A stretch of 62,970 nucleotides of DNA, the filler included, from Octopus bimaculoides (lineage: Eukaryota): assembly GCF_001194135.2 (NCBI RefSeq). It is 6 parts of 6 records of this genome, joined end to end, with 100 filler letters (N's around TTAATTAATTAA, not from the genome) between each part and the next. Parts side by side here need not be neighbours in the genome. Positions count along the whole stretch, not along the records: positions 49,217 to 54,812 come from NC_068994.1; positions 54,913 to 58,818 come from NW_026353371.1; positions 58,919 to 61,656 come from NC_069005.1; positions 61,757 to 62,970 come from NC_068987.1; 2 more parts are not named here. One strand, written 5' to 3'. The translations under genes and the position numbers were made by a program. Each line of letters starts with the position of its first letter. Position 1 is the stretch's first letter. Under the pieces are notes generated by a model. That model saw only the letters and a list, made by a program, of their open reading frames with translations, was not told the DNA's origin and ran no database searches. Positions 50,931 through 62,970 of the stretch are shown here, piece by piece.

Positions 50931-51415
50931 TATGCAAAAAAAAAAAAAAAAAATTATTGTTATTAATACTTTTTGCAGCGAATGGAACCTTCCCCTCTTT
51001 GCGTATCTATACCGAATTTGGTAAATATCCGGGCCAGTTTGGAAAAGTGAAATTTGAGATTGAAAGAATGCTCCATATATCATTGTATAAATATTGCATA
51101 TTTTACAACGTGTATCTCTATACACGTCATACTTCTATACATACTCCATATATCTACACACGCACACCTACATATCTATACACACGTCTATACACACACC
51201 AGGTATTTATGCACACGCCATATAGATTACAACTTGTCATATTTCATTACTCGTTCGACTGAATTCAACCACGGCTAACTTTCCATCCTGACTAACTTTA
51301 ATAGCATCAACCCCCACCTCCTCTCTGCCTTTCCCTTGTATGTATGTATGTATGTATGTATGTATGTATGTATGTATGTATGGATTGATGGATTTATATG
51401 TATATGTATGTATAA

Positions 51416-51463
<48 letters not shown>

Positions 51464-51764
51464 ACGTATGCATATACAAAAAAAAAAGCTTTAATATTTC
51501 GTACGAATTAATTATTTCTTTAAACAAACGTTTACACATCTACATAACGTTTCAATCAGTTTGACATCCGATCATCATCAGGTGGATGTGAACATAGCAC
51601 TGGAGTGAATTCGAACTAGCAACCCATATATCTAAAACTGAAGTAGTAACACTGTTAATCCACTCAGCAAATGGTTGCTTGTTCACACATCTGTGTCAGA
51701 TATTTGAACGTTGAAGTGTTAATTATTTTTAAAACATAGAGACACGACTAAGAAAACATCGTTT

Positions 51765-51890
51765 GACAGAATGGTTAGCGCGTCGAACGAATTCCTAGTG
51801 GCGTGTTTTTTCTTTTTTTGTTTTACATTCTGAGTTCAAATCCTGTCGAAGTCACTTTGGGCTCGTCATCCTTTCGGTGTCTATAGAAAA
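51765..51890 (+). mobile_element. SINE family A, partial
   Basis: gacagaatggttagcgcgtcg...ttacattctgagttcaaatcctgtcgaagtcac...catcctttcgg. Confidence 0.7.
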
Positions 51891-51929
51891 CGGTCATTTA
51901 CTGAAGTGGATTTCTTTCTCCTCTCCTAG

Positions 51930-51992
51930 AATCAACTGATCCCTGCTTGATTGTTATTGAAACGTGGCCCGGAGCCAGTCGTAAACGACCGA
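51930..51992 (+). CDS. Candidate 63-nt internal exon of an unidentified host gene
   Basis: Acceptor tttctttctcctctcctag, donor GA|GTGAGG, and only one open frame (phase 1-1, STDPCLIVIETWPGASRKRP). The peptide is not recognised. Confidence 0.2.
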
Positions 51993-52725
51993 GTGAGGTC
52001 CTAGCGACCTAAAATATATATGTTCCATACCAAGCTATAAAACAATAACTAAATCTTTGCAACCACCCAGGAATTGATGTGCTGTGGACGGGCTAAGGAA
52101 GGAAGAAAGGCAAAATCGCCTCGATGCACTTTTATAAGTTTTTTATAAAAAGAAATCTTGCGTAATTGTATAGTTGTTGCCACAAACTCTAATATTCGGC
52201 TTTTAAAAAAAATTAATGTTTTTTCATTTTTTGTTAAAGAGAAAGCAGTAATATGCAAATCAAGTATAAATTGTTGTTGTTGTTTAGCACCAGGTCAGCC
52301 CCGACTGTGAGCGAAACGTTTCAGACATGACCACTGCAACCTATCTTATTTTCAGAAATTATAAACAGGACGACATCATCCAAATACATTCATCCCCCAC
52401 TTTCTTTTTACTAAAACACGTATGTCGTTTGAGAGGAATTCAGTTGTTATTTCTAGCAGGCCAAGCGCCCATGTAGGAGCTCCTTCGTTGCGAGTACCGT
52501 GGTCGAGTTAATTGTTAGGAATTATTAGTAAAATAAACGGTATTTTTGATTCTTTTCAATGATTAGGGGCCGGGAATATCCCTTTGTGCTTGTCTTATTT
52601 ATTTATAGGCAAAACTTAAGATCCATTTGTGTATGAATTAATTTATGTATGTATGTATGTACGTGTGGTGTGCGTGCATTTGACTAGTCGTTACCGGCGA
52701 AACTTCGAAGTTACAATCTCTGCGA

Positions 52726-52774
<49 letters not shown>

Positions 52775-53459
52775 GAGTGAATGCTGGTAATTCAACGTGT
52801 TGAGTTGCGTCCCTTCTTGAAAAAAAAAAATTAAAGTAATGTAATCGTTCGATAAATAGGGTTCGATAAAATAAATGCTAACCCGAAATAACTACTATAA
52901 TTAATATGATCAATTAAAAGCTCTTGAAAGCAGTGCCCCAGTATGGCCACAATCCAATGAACGAAACCAGTAGAAGAACAGAATATGTACGTGTTATGTA
53001 GAAAAAAATGTATTTGAAGCTAGGAGAGATATGGAAGAGACCTACCTTAAGAGTAGCTACACCAGCAATGATTGANNNNNNNNNNNNNNNNNNNNNNNNN
53101 NNNNNNNNNNNNNNNNNNNNNNNNNNNNNNNNNNNNNNNNNNNNNNNNNNNNNNNNNNNNNNNNNNNNNNNNNNNNNNNNNNNNNNNNNNNNNNNNNNNN
53201 NNNNNNNNNNNNNNNNNNNNNNNNNNNNNNNNNNNNNNNNNNNNNNNNNNNNNNNNNNNNNNNNNNNNNNNNNNNNNNNNNNNNNNNNNNNNNNNNNNNN
53301 NNNNNNNNNNGTGTGTGTGTGTGTGTGTGCGTGTGCGTGCGTGCATGTGTGCGCGCGTGTGTATTACGATAGTGGAGAAAATAGTAAAGAAAGTGGGGGG
53401 AGGGAAAGGAGAGACGAGCAGAGAGCGAAAGAGACGGAGAGAGAAGAGAAGAGAAAAAA

Positions 53460-53504
<45 letters not shown>

Positions 53505-53774
53505 TTGGAACCAAATCATGTATACATGGAAAGTTATTTTCTTTTCTAAACAAGAAATTGTAGGAAGTAGATGTATAGATGGATGGATAGATAAATAGAT
53601 AAATAGATAAACAGATAATATGTAACTGAACAGAAGGTTCTAGAGAGAGATGTTTCTCAATATAACTAAATAAACAGACAACGAGACAAGAGCTAAAACA
53701 GACAGACGGACTGACAGATGGACATTTAGGTTGGCACATACATACATACATACATACATACATACACACATACA

Positions 53775-53805
<31 letters not shown>

Positions 53806-53836
53806 GCAGAGACAACAAAATACATACACTCACACA

Positions 53837-54195
53837 TGGCTGTGTGGTAAGTAGCTTGCTTACCGACCACATGGTTCCGGGTTCAGTCCCGCTGTGTAGC
53901 ACCTTGGATGTCTTCTACTGTAGCCTCGGGCCGACCAAAGCCGTGTGAGCGGATTTGGTAGACGGAAACTGAATGAAGCCTGTCATATATGTATATATAT
54001 ATAGACGTATGTATGTGTTTGTGTGTCTGTGTTTGTGCCCTCCCCTCCCCACCAACGCTTGAGAACCGATGTTGGTGTGTTTAGGTCCCGTAACTTAGCG
54101 GTTCGGCAAAAGAGACCGATAGAATAAGTACCAGGCTTACAAAGAATAAATCCTGGGTCGCAGTCAAATGACTGAAACAAATGAAAGAAAAAGAA
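53837..54195 (+). mobile_element. SINE family B
   Basis: Head tggctgtgtggtaagtagcttgcttacc...gggttcagtccc and 3' half ggttcggcaaaagagaccgatagaataagtac. Confidence 0.92.
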
Positions 54196-54224
54196 TAAAA
54201 CAATACAGGACATTAGAAAGGTTG

Positions 54225-54470
54225 ACGTGTATAGGCCTGTCCCTCTACAGAGATTACATCACGGGGGCCAGTTGAGTGAAGACCATCAGCTTGGTCGTGG
54301 ACGTAACAGAGGTTGACTCGAGATGGTTGTGGATGAAGAAGTGTGAACTCTGGTAGGCGCAGTTGCCAACTGGACACAAGTCGGAGCTTCATGAATCCCC
54401 AGTTTGGTCGCCTGGATGAGCGTATCTGATGTTGAATGACTTGAAACACTTGATGACACCCGGAAGTGTA
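54225..54470 (-). mobile_element. Possible RTE-like RT C-terminal fragment
   Basis: Frameshifted peptides DTLIQATKL and STTKLMVFTQLAPVM loosely match the RTE YLGSTL...TKL.V....LPV.LYG region. Confidence 0.35.
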
Positions 54471-56563
54471 ACTGATGAAAACTACACATACATACATACA
54501 TACATATGTAATGTAATATAATATAATATAATATATATATATATATATTGAAACTTGGGACACTGGTAGAATGTGTCATATAAAACATCTTTTACTCTTA
54601 GTCTTCTTAACAAAAAAACGTACATCGAAAGTTATTCCATGTTAAAGTTGTCGTATTTCTGTAATTTCAACCAATCACTGACGTCTATTCAGCTGAATAG
54701 AGTTACTGTTGGGCGGTCATAAAAATGTTATTCCCTGTGACATATTTCATCCGGTTTAATCGTAATTTATACGCATATATTGTTTATATAATAAATTACG
54801 CTGTGCGTATCTNNNNNNNNNNNNNNNNNNNNNNNNNNNNNNNNNNNNNNNNNNNNTTAATTAATTAANNNNNNNNNNNNNNNNNNNNNNNNNNNNNNNN
54901 NNNNNNNNNNNNTCATTACTTTGAAATGTAATAAAAACTAGTTTTCTTTCAGATATTTCAATTCCGCAGGATGATTTCGTTTAGCGAAGGAAACAGAAAC
55001 CTTGTCGTTGTGTAAGATTTGCAGCCGCTAACAAAAACAGATACGAAAACCAAGCTCAAGAACTGAAACAGTAACGACAGTACATATGCAAGGGAAAGAA
55101 GTCTGCAAAAGTAGTTGCCCTTGAATATAAATTACTTTATATATTTTATTCACAATTAGTTTAAAATATTTCGAGCGGACTTTTACACTGGCTCTAGCGG
55201 AAGGTTAATTGAGTTTCCAGCCCCAAACTAAAGAGAGCTAAATAGCATGACTATAATACATCTACAATGACTATATGCCCCGGTGGTGTTGCATTAGAGG
55301 TTATGGATGGATGGGAATTAATTCTGTAATGCAATCATTCTACTGTTCCAATCCCAAGTTGAATTCCAACTGTTAGCCAATTTCTCTCAAAGTTCATTTC
55401 TCGACTTGAAATTAATGAAGCGAATATCATTTATCTCCCCGTTGATCTTTGACATCATCTGACAAACGACACCAAGATGGCGGGAATCTAAATACTTTTA
55501 AATCAGATCCCAATACTAAATGTTCACGAACCAAATGAAGTGCCGATTTTCAATCCTGAGATCACCCTGATACCAAAAAGATATATCTCTATGTAGAGCA
55601 AATGTATGCTGAGATACAGGGATCCAAGACGAACAGACAGAATTTCGCTTCTATTATTATAGATGTGATCATTATTAGTGTATTTAAAGCGAGTTAATAT
55701 AAAAACAATTGCAGCGTGGAAGATGTTTGTCACCCATTTAAGAACACACAAAAACCGTTAGTTTCACTTCAATATTTAAATTTAATTAATTTATGTCAAA
55801 ACTTTTTCGCCGCTTTGAAACCGAGACCTGTTCACTGACAAAACTTCGAAATGCGGCACAAACAATATATATATATATATANNNNNNNNNNNNNNNNNNN
55901 NNNNNNNNNNNNNNNNNNNNNNNNNNNNNNNNNNNNNNNNNNNNNNNNNNNNNNNNNNNNNNNNNNNNNNNNNNNNNNNNNNNNNNNNNNNNNNNNNNNN
56001 NNNNNNNNNNNNNNNNNNNNNNNNNNNNNNNNNNNNNNNNNNNNNNNNNNNNNNNNNNNNNNNNNNNNNNNNNNNNNNNNNNNNNNNNNNNNNNNNNNNN
56101 NNNNNNNNNNNNNNNNNNNNNNNNNNNNNNNNNNNNNNNNNNNNNNNNNNNNNNNNNNNNNNNNNNNNNNNNNNNNNNNNNNNNNNNNNNNNNNNNNNNN
56201 NNNNNNNNNNNNNNNNNNNNNNNNNNNNNNNNNNNNNNNNNNNNNNNNNNNNNNNNNNNNNNNNNNNNNNNNNNNNNNNNNNNNNNNNNNNNNNNNNNNN
56301 NNNNNNNNNNNNNNNNNNNNNNNNNNNNNNNNNNNNNNNNNNNNNNNNNNNNNNNNNNNNNNNNNNNNNNNNNNNNNNNNNNNNNNNNNNNNNNNNNNNN
56401 NNNNNNNNNNNNNNNNNNNNNNNNNNNNNNNNNNNNNNNNNNNNNNNNNNNNNNNNNNNNNNNNNNNNNNNNNNNNNNNNNNNNNNNNNNNNNNNNTGTG
56501 TGTGTAAAATTTTTGAAAATAATGCAGACGTTATGGAAGATGGTAAATTGGCAGTTGTTACGG

Positions 56564-56727
56564 CAATGGTTCCCAACCTTTTCGCTACCAAGGGCCCCTT
56601 TTATTTAAATGAATTTCCCCACGGGCCCCAGGATATTGAAGCTCTGTCAGCTTAACATGTTCACGGATCCCCAGTACTACCTTTGCAAACCACCAGGGGT
56701 CCGCGGACCACAGGTTGGAAACCAGTG
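56564..56727. mobile_element. hAT-type MITE
   Basis: TIRs CAATGGTTCCCAACCT / AGGTTGGAAACCAGTG (hAT/Charlie-like CAGTGGTTCCCAACCT). The flanking 8-mers tgttacgg and tgtaacag match at 6 of 8 positions, consistent with an 8-bp TSD. Confidence 0.8.
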
Positions 56728-57884
56728 TGTAACAGTATCGAGTAGAGTGCCATGCGCTGTTTGTTTAAATTCTGACGGGGTTCAATGTTGCCTTTCATCC
56801 AAGCCACTAGAGTTAATCTCAACCCTTGTCCCTCTCTCTCCCATTGTTTCTCTGATTTTCCTGCCTCTCTCTTCTTCACTCTGTGTGTGTGTGTGTGTCT
56901 CTCTCTCTGTCTCTCTCTCTGTCTCTCTCTCAATCAGTTATATTGTGCTGCATCGTGGTGGCTCCCTCAGTGTCCTTTTCTCCAAAGATAGAGAGGGGTC
57001 TGCAACTACTTCTCATGAAAGAATTGATATGCTAAAAAATTGTCCAACGAGGATTCCACGTGCAGTACATCACGGAAATTAAGACATTATATATTGAGCT
57101 GGACGATGTTTGTTTCAAATAGGTTACTAGAGAATAGGAGAAACCCCAACAATTCATACGCTGTCCGATTTCCCTCTGAAACTATCCTGAGAAGAATCAT
57201 TTGTTATAAATGGAACCTGAAATTCTTAAAATGAGGACAAATTGAAGATTTTGTATGTATCTTTTTATTAAACCACTGATACAGATTAGATAAATGTAGG
57301 GCCATAAAATAATAGGCCGTCAGTTCGTTTCCCAATATAGACAACTCTTGTTTTGTGGCCAAAACACTGATGGCCGAATCATTTGAAAATGATGGAAAAT
57401 AGACATCTCAGGATGGGAGCAATCATTATTGTAAGCTAAAGTTTTCCTAACTTTTCACATTGGCAAATCACTTTTTTAAAGGAAAAAAGTTTTCCGACAC
57501 ATTAAATAACTTTTGCTAGCAACATGAAATTAACGACATAAATTAATAGATGATTAAATACCATATCATGTGCCACTAGTCCCGTGTCTAACTGCATATC
57601 TAAGTTTTTGTAAAACCTAATTAGATTTCACTTAATTTCGCGACACGCCTAGACATTATCATCGCAACACTGTTTCAAAACATGAGTAGAATCACTCTAA
57701 ACAAGATATTTATAAACTTAATAATTTCAACGTCTCTTATAAGCGTAGCGAGATCATGTGATTCCACTCCCTAATTCTAGAGATCAGTACCACAATTGTC
57801 TCAATCCGCTTCGCTTTGCCATTAGAATTGAACGATGGTTCTAAACTTGATGTACACACAAGCATTCACTACTAAGTAGCAATA

Positions 57885-58058
57885 TTCTTTTCTACTCTAG
57901 GCACAAGGCCAGAAATTTTTTTTNNNNNNNNNNGGGGCAGACGATTAGATCGATCGCAGTACGCAACTGGTACTTAATTTATCGACCCTGAAAGAATGAA
58001 AGGCAGAGTCGACCTCGACGGAATTTGAACTCAGAACGTAAAAACAGACGAAATACCG
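57885..58058 (-). mobile_element. SINE family A 3' part interrupted by an insertion
   Basis: Monomer-type tail. SINE sequence stops at gacgaaataccg (58058). Confidence 0.9.
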
Positions 58059-58818
58059 ATTTCTTTATTACCCATAAAGGGCTATACAAAGAATTTTTAA
58101 GACATCACAAAACATAAAGACAGTACAAAACGCAACTATAAAATCGGGGTAATTAAAATAAAATGATAATATGCAAGAATGAAAAAAATGAGGCGCAATG
58201 TCCAATCGATCCCGTTTTTCACTTTTACGTTCAACGTCATGTAAACATTTTAACGGTTTTGTTACTCAAAAAATTCAAACACTCGCGTTACCTTTCTCCC
58301 ATTAACCATTGTTACTTCCGTCCTTATCAACTGCAAATAATCAGTTCTAGGGGGTGGTGTCTCCACCAACCATATCCGTTTCGTTATTATATTTTCACCA
58401 AGTTCTTCTATGCGCTCCCAGCAGCTTTCCTCACGTATCAAAATGCATTTTTCAGCACATTTCTCTGGCGTTTTCACTCTTATTATTTCTCCCAACCTCT
58501 CGACTTTTCTCTCCATCTGCTCGCAATTCTCGTACTTTATCAAAACCCCCTTGTATTTCACATCTTTATCCGTTCTCTCCTCCTCTTCTTGTACCTTATT
58601 AGTTTCTGGCTTTTTTATCTCTTTTTTTGTTTTCTGTTGACCGTTCCTTTGACTTATTTTTCCTTCGCTTTTTAGGGTTAGTAGCTCCATTTTCGTTCTT
58701 CTTTGTTTTTTCTGTTTCACACTTCTGTCTCTCTTATTTCCTCAGTGTGGTCTACAAGTTTTTCCTCTTCTGTTTGTGCTTTCTCTTGCTGTGGCTGTGT
58801 GAACTCATATAGGGGGCA
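58059..58818 (-). mobile_element. Short ORF-bearing retroelement with Tx1-type 3' tail, copy 2 (HAL1-like candidate)
   Basis: About 9 in 10 bases match 32592-33356 by eye. It carries the same ORF with small indels and a premature stop, has an identical 3' junction, and its 5' end is lost in a gap. Confidence 0.8.
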
Positions 58819-58918
58819 NNNNNNNNNNNNNNNNNNNNNNNNNNNNNNNNNNNNNNNNNNNNTTAATTAATTAANNNNNNNNNNNNNNNNNNNNNNNNNN
58901 NNNNNNNNNNNNNNNNNN

Positions 58919-59928
58919 CATACACTCAGATTCCCCTACTCCATACTACCGAAAGAATACGAATTCAGAAGATGCTCGTCTAATTTTGCTATTTCGCGGT
59001 ATGCCCGTCTTCCCACCCCCACCATCTGTACCGGAAGTCACTATCCTCTGTCATCCTTTGGTTGTCTCCCATGAACACTTCTAAAAGCTTAATGCCATCC
59101 CCACCCCTACATAGGGGTTATCTCCAATGTAAGGTAGTGATCATATAGTGCATAAAAGTGATGGTGTAGTGTATGCAGGTTGAAGGCTATTGTTTGTTTA
59201 TGAATTCTGCCAAATGCAAGCTTTTCAGGTACATGATGCTGCTGTCCCCCATCCCAGGGTCTCACGGGCCTACACCTCCCACACCCTCAGAGTTGGCACA
59301 CTCAATGTGGGCCCACTGAAAAGTAGGTCTGGTGAGATTGTTGAGATGCTTGAATGGAGATGTGTAGATTTGTGCTGCCTCCAAGAAGTAAGGTGGAGAG
59401 GAGGTTCCACTAGGTTCCTCACAGGCAAAGAACACAGGTACAAGATTTTCTGGGCAGGGAACACTGACGGGGTCGGGAGTGTGGGTATACTTCTTGCGGA
59501 GAAATGGGTTGATAAGGTAATCGAGGTAGTCACTGTATGCGAGAGGACACTTAAGAATAGATTAGTGCTACATCATGAGTTAGCAAACATTATCTCGGCC
59601 TATGCCTCTCAGCCGGAGCTACCTGATGGACAGGAAGACAGATTTTATGATACCCTTTTGCAGACTACCTCGTTGATGAATGACAGGGACCTTCTCTTTG
59701 TGGCTGGTGACTTCAATAGACAAGTTGGACAACATGCAGGGGGCTTCCATGGCGTACATGGAGGCTATGATTTTGGTTCCCGCAATGAGGAGGGAACCAA
59801 GCTGCTGGAGTTCTGCGATGCAAATGATCTTATGGTTTGCAATACTAACTTTAGGAAACCAGCCAGTCACCTACCGATTTGGTAGACACACTAGCCAAAT
59901 TGACTACATCCTTGCCAGAAGAGAATGA
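58919..59928 (+). mobile_element. RTE-clade LINE, 5' portion (UTR and AP endonuclease)
   Basis: TLRVGTLNVG, DLCCLQEVRW, GVGSVGILL, IISAYA, VAGDFN, RNEEGTKLLEFC and SQIDYIL are typical RTE endonuclease motifs. Homology stops at about 59928. Confidence 0.92.
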
Positions 59929-59979
59929 ATGGGAGAAAGAGAGTCTGCCAAATTAAGTACCACATTCACCTTGAATCTA

Positions 59980-60539
59980 TATATAAATATTCAATAATTA
60001 TAAACATAATTATAATCAGGGGTCAGCTAATTGCTTCACCACGCACTGAATTTAGAAACAGGAGTTAAAATGCCTTTTCTGCTACCATAGAGATCTCCCA
60101 GGCAGTAACACACCTTTTTTACGTAGGCAAAATAGAAAAAATAATGAATTCACACAACTCAGATTAGCTACATACACGTTTCAAGATTAAAGTAAAGTAA
60201 TATTTACTTACTTATTTCCCATCTTCAGTGCAGCATTTTGAGATATAAATTTGAGAGTGTTAGAATTAAATATGCACGTGATCAAGCGTCATCGCATAAC
60301 CGATATTCAACCAAAACTTTCAACACTTTTAATCTCGAAACGCATATGTAGCTAATGTGAGTCATGTGGATTTATTATTTTTTTCTTTCTGCCTATGTAA
60401 AAAAAGTGTGTTACTGTCTGGGAGATCTCTATGGTAGCAGAAAAGGCATTTTAACTCCTATTTCTAAATTCGGTGCATGATGAAGCAATTAGCTGACCCC
60501 TGATTATAATTATGTTTATAATTATTGAATATTTGTATA
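59980..60539. mobile_element. Foldback/MITE-like element with inverted arms of about 213 bp
   Basis: 59980-60193 is the reverse complement of 60325-60539, about 90% by eye, around a spacer of about 130 bp. Confidence 0.85.
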
Positions 60540-60719
60540 ATTTTACCTAAAAACGTTATTTTAATGTACCGAACTACTTAGTAAAATTATTAATTATTAA
60601 TTAATTAATTGATTAATTAATAAATTAATTAATTTTACCCTTTTATTATNNNNNNNNNNNNNNNNNNNNNNNNNNNNNGTATGCATATGTGTATGTATAT
60701 ATATATATATATCAACATC

Positions 60720-61656
60720 AACATCCGAATTTTGAATAAAGAAAACAAGTGATCAAATGTTATATTTAATTGAAATTTAATCATCAATGTACTTTCCCTG
60801 ATTATCTCTGACTTCCTTCCATCTATTTACAAGCTTTTTAATCCCATCAATGTAAAACTCTTTTGGTTTCAAAGCGAAGAACTCTGAAATGTCAGTTTCG
60901 ACCTCCTCTTGGCTTGCGAAAGTTATGTCCCCCAAATGATTCTGTAAACTACGAAACAAATGGTAGTCTGAAGGAGCAAGGTCGGGAGAATAAGGTAGAT
61001 GAGGAATCTTTTCCCAACCATGCTCTGAGCTTTCAGTATGGGGTCGCATCACTCCTTTTCAATTCACTAAAGCGGGTCTTTTTTCTTCAAAGCTTGGTTC
61101 AAACGTTCTAATTGCTGACAGTAGACTTGAGCATTGATTGTTGCATCAGGTGGTAACAATTCAAAGTGAATTACTCCTTTACAATCCCACCAAATAGAGA
61201 GAACCTTTTTTCCATGAAGTTCCCTTCTCAGTTGTAGTTGAGCTTTTTCCCTTTTACCAAGCCATTGTTTATGACATTTAACATTTCGATAGAAGATCCA
61301 TTTTTCGTCATCAGTCACAAGTCTATCCAAAAAGGGTGAAATGAGTTCGCGAGAAAGGAGAGAAGAGTAGATGTCAATTTGGGATTAGCAGTTGCTTTCT
61401 GACAATTCATGAGGCACCCATTTTCCAAGTTTAGGAACCTTTCCAAGTTGTAGAAGATGACAAAGAACAGTTGTATGATTTGAACTAAGCTTTATTGCCA
61501 ATTCTTCAACTGATAATGCAGGATTTTCTTCAAGTAATACCTCAAGGAGCTTATCACCAAACTCAACTGGACATCCTGTTCGATCTTCATCTTCAAGGCT
61601 GAAATCTCCACTTCTGAATTTTGCAAACCATCTTCTGCAAGTTCTTTCATTCAAGC
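60720..61656 (-). mobile_element. Mariner (DD34D) transposase pseudogene
   Basis: RRWFAKFRSGDFSLEDEDR, WVPHEL, VTDDEKW and YSPDLAPSDYHLF. The HDNA segment with the second catalytic Asp is deleted near 61050, and the 5' end is lost in a gap. Confidence 0.95.
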
Positions 61657-61756
61657 NNNNNNNNNNNNNNNNNNNNNNNNNNNNNNNNNNNNNNNNNNNN
61701 TTAATTAATTAANNNNNNNNNNNNNNNNNNNNNNNNNNNNNNNNNNNNNNNNNNNN

Positions 61757-62026
61757 ATGTGTTTATTCTCTCCATGCCTGAGGTTACCGTGGTCTTTTCC
61801 GTAGGCTTTTCTTTCCACGGATAAACCTAATCTTGCTTTTTACATTTAAAAAATTCTTCTGTGATACACGATCCCTTTTGATCTTTTTTCCCCCCTCGAT
61901 CCCTTTTGATCGGAATTTTACTTTTTTTTTCTCATTTTGTTCCCTTTTTCTTTTTCATTTTCGAAAAGAAAAGCTCTACATTTGTATTTGTCCCCTGTGT
62001 TCAGCCCTTAGTGGCCAATAAAGAAA
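61757..62026 (+). mobile_element. Probable Tx1-family 3' UTR fragment
   Basis: T-rich segment ending GCCCTTAGTGGCC-AATAAAGAAA, followed by (TATC)n. Confidence 0.55.
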
Positions 62027-62027
62027 G

Positions 62028-62079
<52 letters not shown>

Positions 62080-62644
62080 TATTAACACCAGCTCACGTAT
62101 AATACATGTTCACCTTATTATTTTACCCATATATTTCTTCAGCATCTGTATTCATTATTCATTATTCTGTCATCAGTTTAACGCAACAGTAATAAAGATT
62201 TAAAGAAACGAACAAAAATCAACAAAAACTAAACAACGATGACAATAAGTAAATAAAAGAACGAAAGAAATCACTTTTACATCAAAAATATTACCAAACT
62301 CACTCGCAGCCATTCAACAACTTGGCCAACGCGAATAACCATTGAGTTCACACGCTTAATCAAATCTTTGCTAATTCATGCTATATATATATATGTATGT
62401 ATGTGTGTGTGTATTTTGACACACACATACATATCGAGGTATCTATTTCATTTTATTCTTCTCTTTGAATGTGATTCCTTTGCGCATGTGCATCTGTGTG
62501 AAAATGTATTTACATGCGTATAGATGTGTGTATGAATGTGTGTTTGTGTACGAGAGAAAGATAAAGTTAGAGAGCATTTGTTTTTATTACGCTTCTTTTT
62601 ACTCTTTCTTGTTTTTCTTTTCTCCTATCATCTCCTCACCACAG

Positions 62645-62878
62645 ACATCCGCTCTCCCTGTCTCTAACTCACCACCAAACTCCAATGGAACACATGAATG
62701 CGCTTCCTGTCGGAATATCTATTATAAAATACTTTAGTTCAATTTTCTGTCACCAACAGAATGATTTCAAGAGGAAAAATTCCAAACATTGCATTCATAC
62801 AGAAGATTGTCAGAGAAAATCTCCGATAATGATAATCTATTCTGCAAGAAAATCACGAAAACCTCGAAAAGCATTAAG
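62645..62878 (+). CDS. Candidate 234-nt internal exon of an unidentified host gene
   Basis: Long polypyrimidine tract ending cacag, donor AAG|GTAGAA, an open phase 2-2 frame, and an in-frame stop right after the donor. The peptide is not recognised. Confidence 0.2.
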
Positions 62879-62970
62879 GTAGAAATTTCAGATCCTACCG
62901 CATATACACGTTAAAAAAACATACACATACACACATATGCACGATTGTATGTGTATATATGCTCATATAT

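Noticed and set aside
55507-55593. Cadherin-like peptide IPILNVHEPNEVPIFNP
   Set aside because: It is a single short motif with Glu in place of the conserved Asp, an in-frame stop follows soon after, and there is no other cadherin repeat sequence.

Overview
This is animal nuclear DNA, not prokaryotic. It is AT-rich, gapped and full of microsatellites, and its tRNA-derived SINE families resemble those I know from Octopus (the organism call is inference). I could not identify any host protein-coding gene with confidence; only a few weak candidate exons are noted. The window is mostly decayed transposable elements: three SINE families (A, B and C, my own labels), two large L1/Tx1-clade LINEs in convergent orientation, and fragments of the RTE, R4/Dong and Penelope clades. 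It also holds a mariner transposase pseudogene, a hAT-type MITE and a 560-bp foldback element. The most interesting signal is a short retroelement with an ORF but no visible reverse transcriptase, present twice (32592-33356 and 58059-58818). Both copies sit at the same nucleotide of two different family-A SINE copies, in the same orientation. They end in the same stem-loop plus AATAAAGAAAT tail that is found on the Tx1 LINEs and on a tailed SINE subfamily. This suggests a Tx1-driven group made of a LINE, an ORF1-only (HAL1-like) element and a SINE, with the SINE serving as both passenger and target. A pre-miRNA-like hairpin (10785-10875) is the best non-transposon candidate. Element boundaries and identities were estimated by eye; no database searches or folding programs were run.
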